This document shows, one piece after another, positions 11,395 to 23,699 of a DNA stretch of 33,384 bases (position 1 is the stretch's first letter; each line of letters begins with the position of its first letter). Under the pieces are notes generated by a model. It had not been told where the DNA came from, did no database searches, and saw only the letters and a list, made by a program, of their open reading frames with translations. The stretch comes from Chiloscyllium plagiosum. Taxonomy: Eukaryota. The stretch is taken from contig NW_025213983.1 of assembly GCF_004010195.1 (NCBI RefSeq), positions 1-33,384 on the forward strand, given 5' to 3'. Position numbers and translations under genes: made by a program.

Positions 11395-12560
11395 AGAACG
11401 AGGAACATCAGTCGGTAATTAAGCATATCGAGCCTGCTCCACCATTGGATACAATCATGGCTGATATCATCTTGACCTCAGCTCAACTATCCTGCCTGCT
11501 CTCCATCCTGAAGCTCTGATCTCTTGTTGTAGATTGCGCTATATGAAAAAAACTCCACTCCACATCGACAATACCAATTAATTTTACCCTTGAACAGACG
11601 TCAATGAGATCTCTTTTCATTCTTATAAACTCGAGAGTATAGGCCTGAACTGCTCAACTCTCTTTATGAAACAAACGCCTCATCTCTGGAATCAATCTAA
11701 TGAACCTCGTTGGAATTGCCTCCAATTCAAATACATCCTTCCGCAAGTCAGGGCACCCAAACTCTATTCCAGTTGCAGCCTCACTAATACCTTGCATTGC
11801 TACAGCAATACTCCATACCTTTCTACTCGATCCTTTTACAAAGAAACACTGAAACTACGCTTGACTTTCTCATTACTGCTGTACCTGCACGCAGGATTTC
11901 TGTGATATGCACACGGACACCCAGAGCACTCTGCCGCTAAGAACTCTGAAGTTTCTCTCCATTTAGATATTAATTTGCCTTTATTTTACTCTGGACAACT
12001 TGAATAACCCAATATTTATCCAATTTAATTTTCATTGCCAAACATTGGCCCGTTCACACAGGCTATCCATATTCATTTTTGATCTCTCACATCTTCCTTC
12101 TGAAGCATATCCCCACCGATGTTCGTGCCATCTGAACATTTGATTGTAGTGTTTTCTGTCCCCTCAACAGAGTAATAAAATCGATTACAAATAGTTGAGG
12201 CCTGAGAACTGAAATCTATGGCACCCCACAAGTTGCATTTGCCAAAAGAAAGCGACACATTTATTCCATGTGACTACATTTTGTTGGTTAACCTATCCTC
12301 CGTCCATGCTAATAAATTACTCCTAAACATATGTTGTCTGATCTTCCAACTTATTCTTTGGAGAAGCGACAAATCCGATGCCTTCAGGAAGACCAAATAT
12401 ATTCTTTCTCCAGGATTCCCACTGTCCAATTTATTTGTCACATTTTTAAGTAACTCAAGCAAACAATTCAAACATGATTTATCCTTTGTAAAGCCATGTT
12501 GACTCCGATGGATTGTGGTTTAACTTTGCAAATGCCCGAACAATGGATTCTAACAATTTG
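11395..12560 (-). mobile_element. CR1 LINE 3' portion (decayed)
   Basis: Antisense 3' end cgagcctgctccaccattggatacaatcatggctgat. Minus ORF 12274-12471 reads LLELLKNVTNKLDSGNP..IYLVFLKASD..LLAWTEDRLTNK, and QHGF (aaagccatgttgact) lies near 12490. Confidence 0.8.
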
Positions 12561-12619
12561 CTGTAAATTACAAAAGTTTTATCATTACATTTTACGGTTA
12601 TTATAAGTTCTTCCCTTTG

Positions 12620-13300
12620 GAAAGCCTTCTCCAATTGCTGTGTAAGGGGCATGTGTGGCTGAATGGACTCATCACCCTGCTGGTGTACAAAATCGATGGG
12701 CTGACGGCTTTCTAGTGTTCCCATGTTATCATCTCTATGGCCAGAATGACCTCCTCTTGTTCCTGTGTAATAGTTTGAGGGGCTAATGAGTATCCTCATT
12801 CACCTCCATAATAGGTGGAGATACTGAACAGTCTCCTCATGTATCACTGAGATGGGACCAAGAGAATGATTGATCAATTCCTGTTGCCATACAACGGACA
12901 CATGTTTGAACTGCCTCCTGCGTTCTCATAAAATGAGTCTCAGATAGTTTGTATTCTTATCCAATTCACTTGCACCAGGCTCAGTGGGGCTGAATGGCCT
13001 CCTGTTATCCCAGTGTTACAATCTCCAGTCACTCTGTGGCCCCTTCCAGTTCCTGTGTTACAGACTTAACGGGGCTGAATGGCCTGATCCTGTTCTTGTA
13101 TAATAGGATACTGCTGCATAATGGCCTAATCTGGGCCCAGTGTTATCGATTCGAGGGGATGTTTGGCCTCTCCTGTCAGTGTATATCAGGTTCCAGGGTC
13201 TGAAGAGCGTCGTCCTGTTCTGGTGTAATACAATTTAAAGCCTGAATATCGTTCTGCTGTTCCTGGGTAACAGGTTGGAGAAGTGGAACAGATTTCTCTA
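12620..13300 (+). repeat. Degenerate ~42-bp minisatellite (about 16 units)
   Basis: Approximate consensus acaggctcgaggggctgaatggcctcctcctgttcctgtgta. The ggctga-like anchor recurs at about 12657, 12699, 12739, 12780, 12988 and 13073. Confidence 0.75.
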
Positions 13301-13590
13301 TTTGCTGTTTAATCGCCTTCTGTTTCTGACTCCTTCCGATGTTCGATGTAAAAATAAGATCATCTTTCATTCCTGTAAGCTCCAATGGATATTAGACCAA
13401 CCTGATCATCCTTTCCTTGTAAGCTAACACCTTCGTTGCAGGAATCAGTTGAAGGAACCATCTCTGAGCTGCTTCCAATATAGCAATATATTTTCTTCAG
13501 TGAGGAGACTAAATCTGTACACACCATTCCAGATGTGATCTCACTACGATCCTGTACAGTAGCAGCAACACTTTTCCAGCCTGCTATTTG
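13300..13590 (-). mobile_element. CR1 fragment (ORF2 C-terminal region)
   Basis: Antisense of the HLEYCVQFWSP region: ggagactaaatctgtacacaccattccagatgtgatctcac...ctgtacagtagcagc. Confidence 0.7.
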
Positions 13591-13619
13591 GTTCTTACCC
13601 AGTTTAGAGCAGTCTCAGC

Positions 13620-14215
13620 TGTCTGGGGGAAACGCAGCATTATTGAAAGGTCATTGTCCTTTTCTACTCCACCAAAATAATTGGAGATCTGGAGAAAGTA
13701 TCACAATGCTTGAGAAAAGCATAAATGATGTGGCGAGATGATCTCTGCCATTAATCTCCCCAGAGCCCACGTCGGTCAGATTCAACAGAATCAAGTAAGG
13801 TGGAGCTCAGAAACAGCAAGGAGAATGAAACATTAATGGGAGTTATATATCAAATTGAAAGCTGCAATATAAATGTTGGGCATGTTATAAAACAGGAAAT
13901 GAGATATCTATTTGTGGGTACTGCAGTAATAATGTACTGCTTCTGAACTATGTTAAGCCTACTGAATGCTATTTCTGGGAAAAATGGATTTCGTGAGCAT
14001 TTGTGAGATGGCTTGCATTAGCATTATATCGAGCACCGATCTTGAAATCAGGTTATTTAGGAATACGTGTTGGATGATGAGAAGAGCTAATTGAAAACTT
14101 TGCCATAAACGACCTTTTGAAAATAGTGACCACAATGTATTGGTTTTATTTTATGCTGTTTGAGTACATGACATTTTTTGTATTATTTGAAGTAACCGTT
14201 ATAAATCTGGGTCAT
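13620..14215 (+). mobile_element. Old CR1 endonuclease region
   Basis: GGNAALLK, VELRNSKENETLMGVIY and VGHVIKQEMR resemble CR1 APE GGGVALL, WVELRNSKG..GVVYRPP and IKQEI. Confidence 0.65.
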
Positions 14216-14249
14216 GCAAGCGGTAAAGGTGTGAGGAGAAAGTGGGGAC

Positions 14250-14470
14250 TGCAAGTTGCTGGAAAGGCACAGCAGGGCAGGCACCGTCCGAGGAGCAGGA
14301 GAATCGACGTTCCAGGCATAAGCCTTTCATCAGGAATGAGGCTTCTGGCCCAAGGGTGCTGAGAGATAAGTGGGCGGGGTAAAGCGGGGGGGGGGGGGGA
14401 TATTGCAGGTAGCTGGCAATGCGATATGTCGATGAAGATGTGGTTGAAAGTGATAGGAGATGAAGGGAGA
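14250..14470 (-). mobile_element. Penelope-like 3' terminal fragment
   Basis: Minus strand has a C-rich tract, then cattcctgatgaaaggcttatgcctggaacgtcgattctcctgctcctcgga...ctgctgtgcctttccagca. Same family as the insert at 15405-15500. Confidence 0.7.
14301..14338 (-). ncRNA. Minimal hammerhead ribozyme motif with one core mutation
   Basis: CUGAUGA-A-AGGC-UUAU-GCCU-GGAAC-GUC. Stem II is a perfect 4-bp helix, but GAAA is changed to GGAA. Confidence 0.6.
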
Positions 14471-14489
14471 CAGAACGCCTCATCTACTG

Positions 14490-16170
14490 TATCCATTAAA
14501 CCTGATGCAGTCAGGTTTGGCGAGACAGGACGTCAACATGTGGGTCGTTTCGGAGAACAACTCTGATATTGTCACACTGGTCACACTGGTTGCTCTGGGA
14601 AGCGAGGAAGGAGGTTCCTAAGCTGCTCGTGAAAAACTTTGATTCCTCACTCTCCATCGGAGTCATACATGAGGATTGGATGGAGGCGAATGTTGTTCCT
14701 CTTTTCAAGAAAGATAATAGGAAAATCCCTGGCAATTGCACAACAGTCAGTCTTATATCTGTGGTTAACAAAGTTTTGGAAAGAATTCTGAGTGAGAGGA
14801 TTTCTGACTATTTCGGAAAGAATAGCGTGACTAAAGGCAGTCAGATTGCTTTGTGAGGAGGAGGTCATGCCTAACTAATCTTATTGGGTTCTTTGAGGAG
14901 GTGAGAAGACAGGTCGACGAAGGTAAAGTAGGAGATGTGATGTATATGGACTTTGGTACGGTTCCCCGTAGTAGGCTCATTCATACAGTAAGAAGGTATG
15001 GAATACAAGGAGATTTGGCTATCTGTAATCAGAATTGGTTGGATGACAGAAAGCACATTGTGGTGGTAGATGGGAAGTATTCTGCTTGGAGGTCAAGGTT
15101 GAGTCAGGACCCTCTGATCTTCGGCCTCTGCTCTTTGTAGTTTTAAAAATAACTTCGATGAGGAGATTGAGGGGTGGGTGACCAAAATTTGCAGACGACG
15201 CAAAGGTTGGAGGTGCCGTTGATAGTATCGAGGGCTATTGCAGGTTGTAGCACGACATAGACAGGATGCAGAGTTGGGCTGAGAAATGGCAGATGGAGTT
15301 CAACCTGGATAGTGATGCACTTTGGGAGGTCGAACCTAAATGCTGAATATAGGATTAAAGACAAGGTTCTAAGCAGTGTGGAAGAACAGAGGGCACTTAG
15401 TGTTCATTCCTGATGAAAGGGTTTGGCCTGAAACGTCGATTTTCCTGCTCATCGGATGCTGTCAAACCCGCTGTACCTTTCCAGAACCAATCTGATCCAA
15501 AATACGTAGATCCCTTAAAGTTAACACCCAAGTGCATATGATGGCTTGGCTTTCATTAACAGGGTGATCAAATTTAAGAGCTGCGTGGTTTTGCTATAGA
15601 TCTACAAATCCCTAATGGGACCACACTTGGAATATTGTGTCCAGCTCTGGTCGTCCTACTATTGGAAAGATGGAGAGGCTTTGGAGTGGGTGCAAACAAG
15701 GTTTACCATAATGCTGACTGAACTGGGGGGCTTGTCTTATAAACAGAGGTTGACTAAGCTTGGACGTTTCTCTCTGGAGCGAAGGAGGAAGAGAGGTGAC
15801 CGATCAATGAGTACATGGTAATCAGAAGCATGGAAAGAGTCAATAGCCAGAGACGTTTCCCCAGGGCAGGGATGACTGGGGCGAGGGGTCATAGTTTTAA
15901 GATATTGGGAGGAAGGTATAGAGGAGACTTCAGAGGAAGGTTCTTTACGCAGATAGTTGTGAATGCATGGAATCCATTGCCAGCGGTGATGTTGGAAGCA
16001 GAGTTATTAGGGACACTTAAACACCTGCTGAACATTCAAATGGAAAGCAGTGAATTGAGGGATGCGTAGATAGGTTTATTATATTTTTACATTAGGATTG
16101 ATCCTCGGTACAACATCTTAGCCCGAAGGGCCTGTTCTGTGCTGTACTTTTCTATGTTCTATGTTCTTAT
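14490..16170 (+). mobile_element. CR1 LINE RT plus 3' end (decayed)
   Basis: Motifs EDWMEANVVPLFKK, RSCLTNLIGFFEEV, YMDF, FADDAK, GPHLEYCVQLWS and GRFFTQIVVNAWN. Tail ctatgttctatgttcttatg near 16152-16171. Confidence 0.9.
15405..15500 (+). ncRNA. ~95-nt Penelope-derived insert carrying a minimal hammerhead ribozyme with an intact core
   Basis: 15410-15437 reads CUGAUGA-A-AGG-GUUUGG-CCU-GAAAC-GUC. Removing the insert restores the CR1 sequence ...cttagtgttca|aatacgtagatccc (compare 5008-5032). Confidence 0.7.
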
Positions 16171-17329
16171 GTGTTCATCTTCATTCCCATCAATCTGGTG
16201 CACCAAACTATAACTTTCAGCCCCACCTTCATCGACCTATTAGATCAAAGGAAGTGGCTTAAAACAATACCGAGTATTGTAGCAAGCCAGTGGATTCAGA
16301 GAAATGTATGACCCAGGAAAGGAGGACCAAGAAACTGAGAAGAAATTCAAAAAGAGAAAAAGCATGCAAACAAAAAAAAAGACTGCTAAAAAGCTTCTAT
16401 CAATGTATGAAAGAGAAATAAAAACAAGGTCAAATGTGAAACAGTGAGTATGCAGACAGGATAATTTAGTGTAGAGAACAGACGCATTACAGAGAAAATA
16501 AATAGTTTTTTCGTGCCTGTCTTCATGGAAGAATATCCATAAATTCTCCCAGAAACACCAAGTGACCATGGAACTTGTGTAAGTAATTTCTAAGATCATT
16601 ATGACTGGGGCGAGGGGTCATAGTTTTAAGATATTGGGAGGAAGGTATAGAGGAGACTTCAGAGGAAGGTTCTTTACGCAGATAGTTGTGAATGCATGGA
16701 ATCCATTGCCAGCGGTGATGTTGGAAGCAGAGTTATTAGGGACACTTAAACACCTGCTGAACATTCAAATGGAAAGCAGTGAATTGAGGGATGCGTAGAT
16801 AGGTTTATTATATTTTTACATTAGGATTGATCCTCGGTACAACATCTTAGCCCGAAGGGCCTGTTCTGTGCTGTACTTTTCTATGTTCTATGTTCTTATG
16901 TGTTCATCTTCATTCCCATCAATCTGGTGCACCAAACTATAACTTTCAGCCCCACCTTCATCTATCTATTAGATCAAAGGAAGTGGCTTAAAACAATACC
17001 GAGTATTGTAGCAAGCCAGTGGATTCAGGGAAATGTATGACCCAGGAAAGGAGGACCAAGAAACTGAGAAGAAATTCAAAAAGAGAAAAAGCATGCAAAC
17101 AAAAAAAAAGACTGCTAAAAAGCTTCTATCAATGTATGAAAGAGAAATAAAAACAAGGTCAAATGTGAAACAGTGAGTATGCAGACAGGATAATTTAGTG
17201 TAGAGAACAGACGCATTACAGAGAAAATAAATAGTTTTTTCGTGCCTGTCTTCATGGAAGAATATCCATAAATTCTCCCAGAAACACCAAGTGACCATGG
17301 AACTTGTGTAAGTAATTTCTAAGATCATT
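15872..17329. repeat. 729-bp head-to-tail tandem duplication (15872-16600, 16601-17329)
   Basis: Both copies start atgactggggcgagg and end aagatcatt. Identical ORFs 16240-16599 and 16969-17328 are offset by 729. I see three substitutions. Confidence 0.97.
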
Positions 17330-18340
17330 CATATCAGTGATGATGTAGTATTTGAAAAGACAGCTGGATTGAGTGTTGATAAATCTGACAGACCAGATTT
17401 ATTTCATCCAAACGTTTCAGTGGAAGCAGCAATTGTCATATTGATTGCATTACGGATTTTCATGTTATTTTCCGACACATTCCCGAAAGGCAGGGAGCGA
17501 ATCGGGATAAGGGACGGTTATAAGTATTATCCGCCAGTTTAAGAAAGGATGAAGATTAAGAGTGCTGAACTACGGACCAGTTAACTTGCCATCCATTGGA
17601 CAGTTGGACTCGAATATAAATAATGCATACAAATACTACATACATTGAAGGTATGGGTAAAACTGGGGAGTGTGATAATGCATCGATGAAAGGAAAACCA
17701 TAAGTGAAATCGTTTTATTTTTGGATTGGTTTGAAGATGGTTCTTGTAGACCTCGGCAATGAGGAACCAATGCATTAAGGTATAGTTGGATATTCAGGAG
17801 AATGTTTTAAAGAACGCACACAGTAAGCTCATAAGAAATGTTATGCAAAAGGTATTGGGCAGAACATATGCAAATGGAAAAGTAAAAATTAGGTTTACAT
17901 GCATGTGATTGCAATTGGAATATAGAAGATGTCATCCACCAGTTGCATAGAGTGTTGGTGTGATTAAACTTGGAATATTGTGGATCGTTTGGAGTCCCAA
18001 TCTAAGATAGAATATACTGAGTACAGAGGATCTGCAAAAGGCATTCTCCAGATTAATCTCTAAGACGACAAAATTGGCTGATGGGGAAACTCAGCGTGTG
18101 ATCTCGAGTTTCAGAAGATGAGAAGTGATTGTAGTGAAACTTAGAAACACCGAGGGGACTGAATAACACAGGACGTGGAAAAATGCAAACAGGCGAGATT
18201 AGGGAGACTGTCACGATATTCTGCATGTACAAGTAGAACAGAATAATCAGCAAACAGTTAGCGTCCACTAGAAACCAAAGGGGAAATCTATGTTTGAAGC
18301 TGGTGAACATTTGTAGATTGTGACATGAGGATTCACATCT
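16230..18340 (+). mobile_element. Old, highly decayed CR1 ORF2 (probable continuation of 13620-14215; first part duplicated by the 729-bp repeat)
   Basis: Decayed CR1 linker and RT signatures in order: ggaggaccaagaaactg (RRTKKL), aagcttctatcaatgtatg (KSFY), tgtcttcatggaagaa (VF..E), aactacggaccagttaactt (NYxPV) and cttggaatattgtgg (LEYC). Confidence 0.65.
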
Positions 18341-19945
18341 GTTTTACTTGAGAGAAGGAGAATGTAGGTACAGAATTCAAGAAGATGGACGGGAAGCTCT
18401 TGAACAGGTTGATGTAAAATACGAGCAGGAATTTGAGGCTTTGTCTGGTATAAAATTTAACCAATCCCCAGGTCCAAATGAGTTGTAAAACAATCAGCAA
18501 TTCGAGACAAAGGAGTAAAGACCCTGACTGAAAATTTTAATTGAAATCTGACCATAGTGAAGGTGTCAGAGGACTGGAGAACAGCTAATATGATTCCACT
18601 TCACAGTAAGGGTGGTAGGGATGGACCAAGGAAGTATAGACGAGCGAATGTTAGATCACTGTTACGGAAAATACTGAAGAAAATAGGGAAGGAGAAAATT
18701 GAACTCCAATCAGTGTGGCAAGATTTGATCAGGGATAACCATCATGACTTTATCAGAAGGAAGTCACATCTAATGAATTTGATTGAATTAATATGAGGTG
18801 GTCGCTTGTTTAGTTTTTCAGCAAGGACTTTACCAAAGTTCCATTCGGGAAGCTGAAAAATAAAGTAAACACTCACAGTATCAAGGATAACGTGACAAGT
18901 TACAACGAAAGTTGTCTTAGTGGCATGAGTAGGACGGTGGTGGGAGAAGGCTGTGTGACTGGAGACCAGTGTACCCTGGTGTACCACAAGGCTTAGTGCT
19001 CTGTCCCTTATTGCTTGTGGTATTCTTAAATGGTGTAGATGTGAATCTGCAGGGGAGTGGATGGACGGGGTGGCAGTTGTGGTAAGCAAGTTTGTGTTGG
19101 ACACAAAGATTGGCCGGGTGGTTGGCAGTGAGGAGGAAGGCCGTATGTTACAGGAAGATACAGATGGAATGGTCAGATAGTCAGGTAAATGGGGTTTAGA
19201 ATGTAACCTTGATAAATATAAGGTGATGCACTTTGGAAAAAGGAAGCAGACATGGGAGGACTCAATGAATGGCAGCACACTAGGAAGCTCAGCGGGTGCT
19301 TCTTCACACATTCTTGAATGTGACTGGGCAGGGTAATGTACTAGTTAAGAATTGGACCTTGGGTGTCGCATTTATTCATCAGGGCATAGTTTATAAGAGC
19401 TAAGCAAGGCTTTGGTTCGGCCAAGATGGAGTACCATATGTAGTTCTGGGCGCCACATTACAGGAAGGATGTGATTGTACTGGAGGGTGTGCAGAGGAGA
19501 TTCACCAGGATGTTCCCTGGGATGGAGCATATCAGCTATGGAGAGAGGCTGGATAAGTTCGGGTTGTTTACTTTGGAGCAGACAAGGCTGAGGGGGGCGT
19601 GGTTCAGAAGGAAACGATTACGAGGGATATGGACATGGTGGATAGACAGCAGCTGTTCCTTTTAGTCAGAGAGTCAAAAACAAGGGAGCACACTTGAAGA
19701 GTGATGGTTCTGATGTTCAGAGAGGATTTAATTTTTTTTTCACCAAGAGGGTGTTGTGTTCTGGAATGTACTTTCTGAGAGATACGTTATCACTGGTATC
19801 CTCACAGCCTTAAAGAAGTACTTGGACGAGCACTTGGAAGTGTCATAACATTCCAGGCAATGGGCCTGCTGTAGGAAAGTGGGACTAATATAGATCGTTC
19901 TGTATTTCTGTTGGCACAGAGTCTATGTGCCTATGAGTGTATGAT
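18340..19945 (+). mobile_element. CR1 LINE RT plus 3' end (decayed)
   Basis: Motifs EDWRTANMIPL, HHDFIRRKSHLMNLIE, FSKDFTKV, GVPQGLVL, KFVLDTKIG and LEGVQRRFTRMFPG. Confidence 0.85.
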
Positions 19946-20520
19946 GTGGAAGGTCAATTATTGAGCAGTTTAAAGCAGGAATTGATGGATTTCTGAAGAG
20001 TATATTCACAAGAGTTAGAAGAGTGAACCGTAATAGCTTGTCAAATTATTTCAATGTGAGAAATAAGAGAAAACAAGTCCAGCTTCCTTACGGTTTGAAC
20101 CCAGAGAATGGAGAATGGGGAACAGAGGAATGGCAGAATTATGAAGCCACTACTTCAGTTTTATCTTCACAGAACTTTCTAACAATACTAGGAAAACCAA
20201 GTCTAATGCGGAAAAAAATCATATAGTACATGGAACAAAGAGCATAGTAAGTAAATGGTTTAGGAGAAATTAGTGGGACTGAAAGTAATGGTCATAGACA
20301 GCACTAACATAGATTTATGAAATGGGTATTATATGTGAGAAACAGACTGGGAGACAAATGAAACAGAAGCAATGGATGTGAAAGATGTGGATTTTCAGAA
20401 AGGAGTTTTGTAAAGCTCCAAGCCCAGTTTGCAAAATCAAATCTTCGTGGATTGGCGTGAATATATGGACACGTTTCTAGAATGGGACAGCTGGCAGAAA
20501 ACAGTGAACAGAAATAAACA
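19945..20520 (+). mobile_element. Old CR1 fragments
   Basis: Scattered CR1-like pieces: atggggaacagaggaatggcaga (MGNxEMA), ttaggagaaattagtgggactgaaag and ttttcagaaaggag (DFQK-like). Confidence 0.5.
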
Positions 20521-20559
20521 GACTCGGCAAGCAACAGCCTGCCATTGTCTGTAAGGTAT

Positions 20560-22660
20560 GATTCTGTGAGTGTGCCTATGTCCCAGACACACTATCGCCG
20601 TCCCTAGATATCTCCTGTCTCACTAGCAGGACAGACCCAGCAGACATGGTGGCACAGTGGGATAAAGTTGGAAGGGAATTGCTCTAGGAGTCCTCAACAG
20701 TGACTCTATATCCCATGAAGTGTCATGGCGTTATTTTACACATGGGAAAGGAAACCTCCTGTTGATTGCCATATACCAGCCTCTCTCAACTGATGATTCA
20801 GTACTCCTCCATGCTGATCAACACTTGGAGGAAGCACTGAGGGTGGCAAGGGCTCACGATGTACTCTGGGTGGGAGATTTCAATTTCCACCACCCAGACT
20901 GGCTCAGCAGCTGCATTACCGATCGAGCTAGTCAGTTTCTAAAGGACATAACTGCTAGACTGGGTCTGCTGCAGGCGGTGAAGGAACCAACAAGAGGAAA
21001 AAAACATACTTGACTCATCCTTATTAATCTGCCAGTTGCAGAAGTATCTGTCCATGACAGTATCGGTAAAAATGACCGCCACATAGTCATTGTGGAGACA
21101 AGGTCACACCTTCAGATTGAGATTAACTTGAACATTTTGGGTGACAGTATCACCGTGCTAAATAAGACAGACTTCAAACAGATTTAGCAGCTAGAGTCTG
21201 GGTGTCCATAAGGTGTTGTGGGTCATCAATAGTGCAGAATTGTAATCCAGTGCAACCTCATGGTCTGGCATAACCCCCTTGCAAGAATTACCATGAAGCC
21301 AGAGGATCAACTTTGGTTCAATGGAGTGTGTGGGATGGCAGGAGCAGCACCAGGCATACCTGAAGATGAGGTGTCAGCCTGGTGAAGCCACCAACCAGGA
21401 TGATGTGTGCGCCAAGCAGCATAAGCAGTAAGTCATAGACAGAGCTAAGTGACCCTATTGGCAACGGATCAGATCTAAGCTCTGCAGACCTTCCTCATCT
21501 AGTCAAATAACGCAGGGGGCAACTAAACAATTCACTGGAGGAAGAGATTCCACAAATATCCCCATCCTTAATGATGGAAAAGCCCAGCACTTCAGTGTAA
21601 ACGATAAGGCTGATGCATTCGCAACAATCTTCCGTCAGAAGTGCTGAGTGGATGATCCATCACGGCGTCCTCCAGTGGTCCTCAATAATTCAGTTACCTG
21701 TCATTAACCAATTTGATTCACTTCATGCGATATCCAGAAACGGTTGGAGACACTGGATACTTCAAATAGTACACTTGCTGGCAACATTCTGGCAATTGTA
21801 CTGAAAACTTGTGCTCCAGAACTTGTCACTGCCCGAGCCAATCTGTTCTAATATCGTTACAACGACGACATTTCCCCGATTATGTGGCAAATTACCCAAG
21901 TATCTCCTATATATAAAAAGCAGAACAAATGCAATGCGGCCAATTACCAACCCATCAGTCTACTCTCGAATATCAGTAAAGTGATGGAAGGTGTCAGTGC
22001 TTTCAAGCAGCACCTGCTCAGCAATAACCTGGTCAATGACACCCACTTTGGGTTCCACCAGGGCCACTCAGCTCCTGACCTCATTACCTTGTTTCAAACA
22101 TGGACAAAAGAGTTGAATTCCAGAGGTGGGGGTGAGAGTGACAGCCCTTTAAAATAAGGCTGCCTTTGACCAAGTGTGTCATCAAGGGGCGTAAGCAAAA
22201 CTGGAATCAATGGGTATCAGTGGCAAACTCCCAGCTGGTTAGAATCATACCTGACACGTAGACAGATGGTCATGCTTGATCAAGGTCAGTCAATTCTGCT
22301 CCAGGACAAGTCTGTAGGAGACTCTCTGGCAGTGGCCTAGGCACAAACATCTTTAGAGCTGCTTCACCAGTGACATTTCTCTATTATAATGTCAGAAGTG
22401 GGGATATTCGCCAATGATTGTACAATGTTCTGCAACACTTGTGGCTCCTCAGATACTGAAGCAGTCCATGTCCAAATGCGACAATTTCTGGACAGTATCC
22501 AGGCTGACACGTGGCAAGTAATATTGACGCCACACAAATGCCAGACCGTGACCATCACCACTAAACTACAATCTAAACTCTGCCCTTTGGCATTCAATGA
22601 TGTTACCATCACTGAATCCACCAGTATCAAAATCCTGGGTGGTAATCATTGCTCAGAAAC
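20560..22660 (+). mobile_element. Second LINE family (CR1/L2/Jockey group), APE plus RT, decayed
   Basis: Motifs LLIAIYQP, LWVGDFNFHH, KEPTRGK, NDRHIV, NYQPISLLSNISKVME, HFGFHQGHSAPDLIT, KAAFDQV and IFANDCTMF. The sequence is clearly distinct from the HER1-like copies. Confidence 0.88.
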
Positions 22661-22749
22661 CATAATGCCCTTCCACTATCCATACTATCACTGCCATCTC
22701 AGAACCCAGCCAACAATGAAGTCTATGAACCTCAGGCATCATCTCGCCC

Positions 22750-23697
22750 TCTAATTTGATTCGTTTCTTGATGGCATGGGGGTCATCCACGTAGCGGACC
22801 CAAAGTTTAGGTTGGATGGTTGGCCGAGCTGTTTGTCCTTGTATTACTGCCTCCTTTCGGAACTCTGATATCGGAGATCCCATCGGTTTGTCTGCAGGTT
22901 TTTGTTGTTGACAATGAAGGGGGTGATGAAACATACATCCACTAGCTTGACGATAATATCCTTGCTGATGAAGTTGGTGGTGTTTGGTGTATGTGTCTTT
23001 GGTTTTTCTCATAGTGTAGTCAGTGGTTCCTTGACCAGGTTGATGTTGATGATGTGAACAGGGCTGCCAACCCAAAGGAGACCATCATTTCATCTTCTTC
23101 AATCTTGGTGTCTTTGATGGTCTTTAGCAATTCGTGGGTGGGAGTGGATTGTGTGCCGTGAGTCTTCTAAGAAGTGTTTTAGTCTTTGTTGTAGCTTCTT
23201 GTCCAACTTTTAAGTTGGTGTTCCTGATAGCGAGACTATGGTTCGAATGGGGTGGGGCTGGGGGTTTGTTTTCTGCTTTGAGAATTTTGGATAATCTGTA
23301 GAAGCGTGGTGTGTTGGATCTGTTTGGCTTCATTTTCTGGAATTCGGTCTTACGTATTTCTCCAGTTTCTGAACTTTTTTGAGTCCGACTGTGATTCGGC
23401 TTCCCAGTTGTGGAGTCATGTCTGTCGCCACTTGTTGGTACGTATTGGTATCTCCAAGTAGTGCATTCGCTTTCTCAATGTCGTCTCTTTGATTTTAGAG
23501 GGCTGTCAAGCGTCATTTATCTGCAGGCAGGATAATCAAATTTTTTATCTTTGTTAAGTATTTCTAGTGCTTTTTTTTCTGGTATTTTGAATGTGTTTCA
23601 TTCCGTTTTCCTGCTTAATCTTGGTTCGACTGTTTGTCTGATCGTTTGCTGGTTCTATTCTGTGAGTGGGTTGTTTTTCCGTGTTGATTCTAATGCT
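22750..23697 (-). mobile_element. Penelope-like element reverse transcriptase fragment
   Basis: Minus strand reads IILPADK, TPRFYRLSKILK, PMGSPIS and IQPKLWVRYVDD, which are PLE RT motifs. Confidence 0.88.
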
Positions 23698-23699
23698 GT

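Noticed and set aside
14372..14400. G-run as a functional G-quadruplex element
   Set aside because: It is the antisense of the C-rich tract in a Penelope 3' region, and nothing supports a separate function.
16240..17328. Two identical 119-aa hydrophobic minus-strand ORFs resembling membrane proteins
   Set aside because: They are antisense of an A-rich decayed CR1 segment, and their identity is due to the 729-bp duplication.
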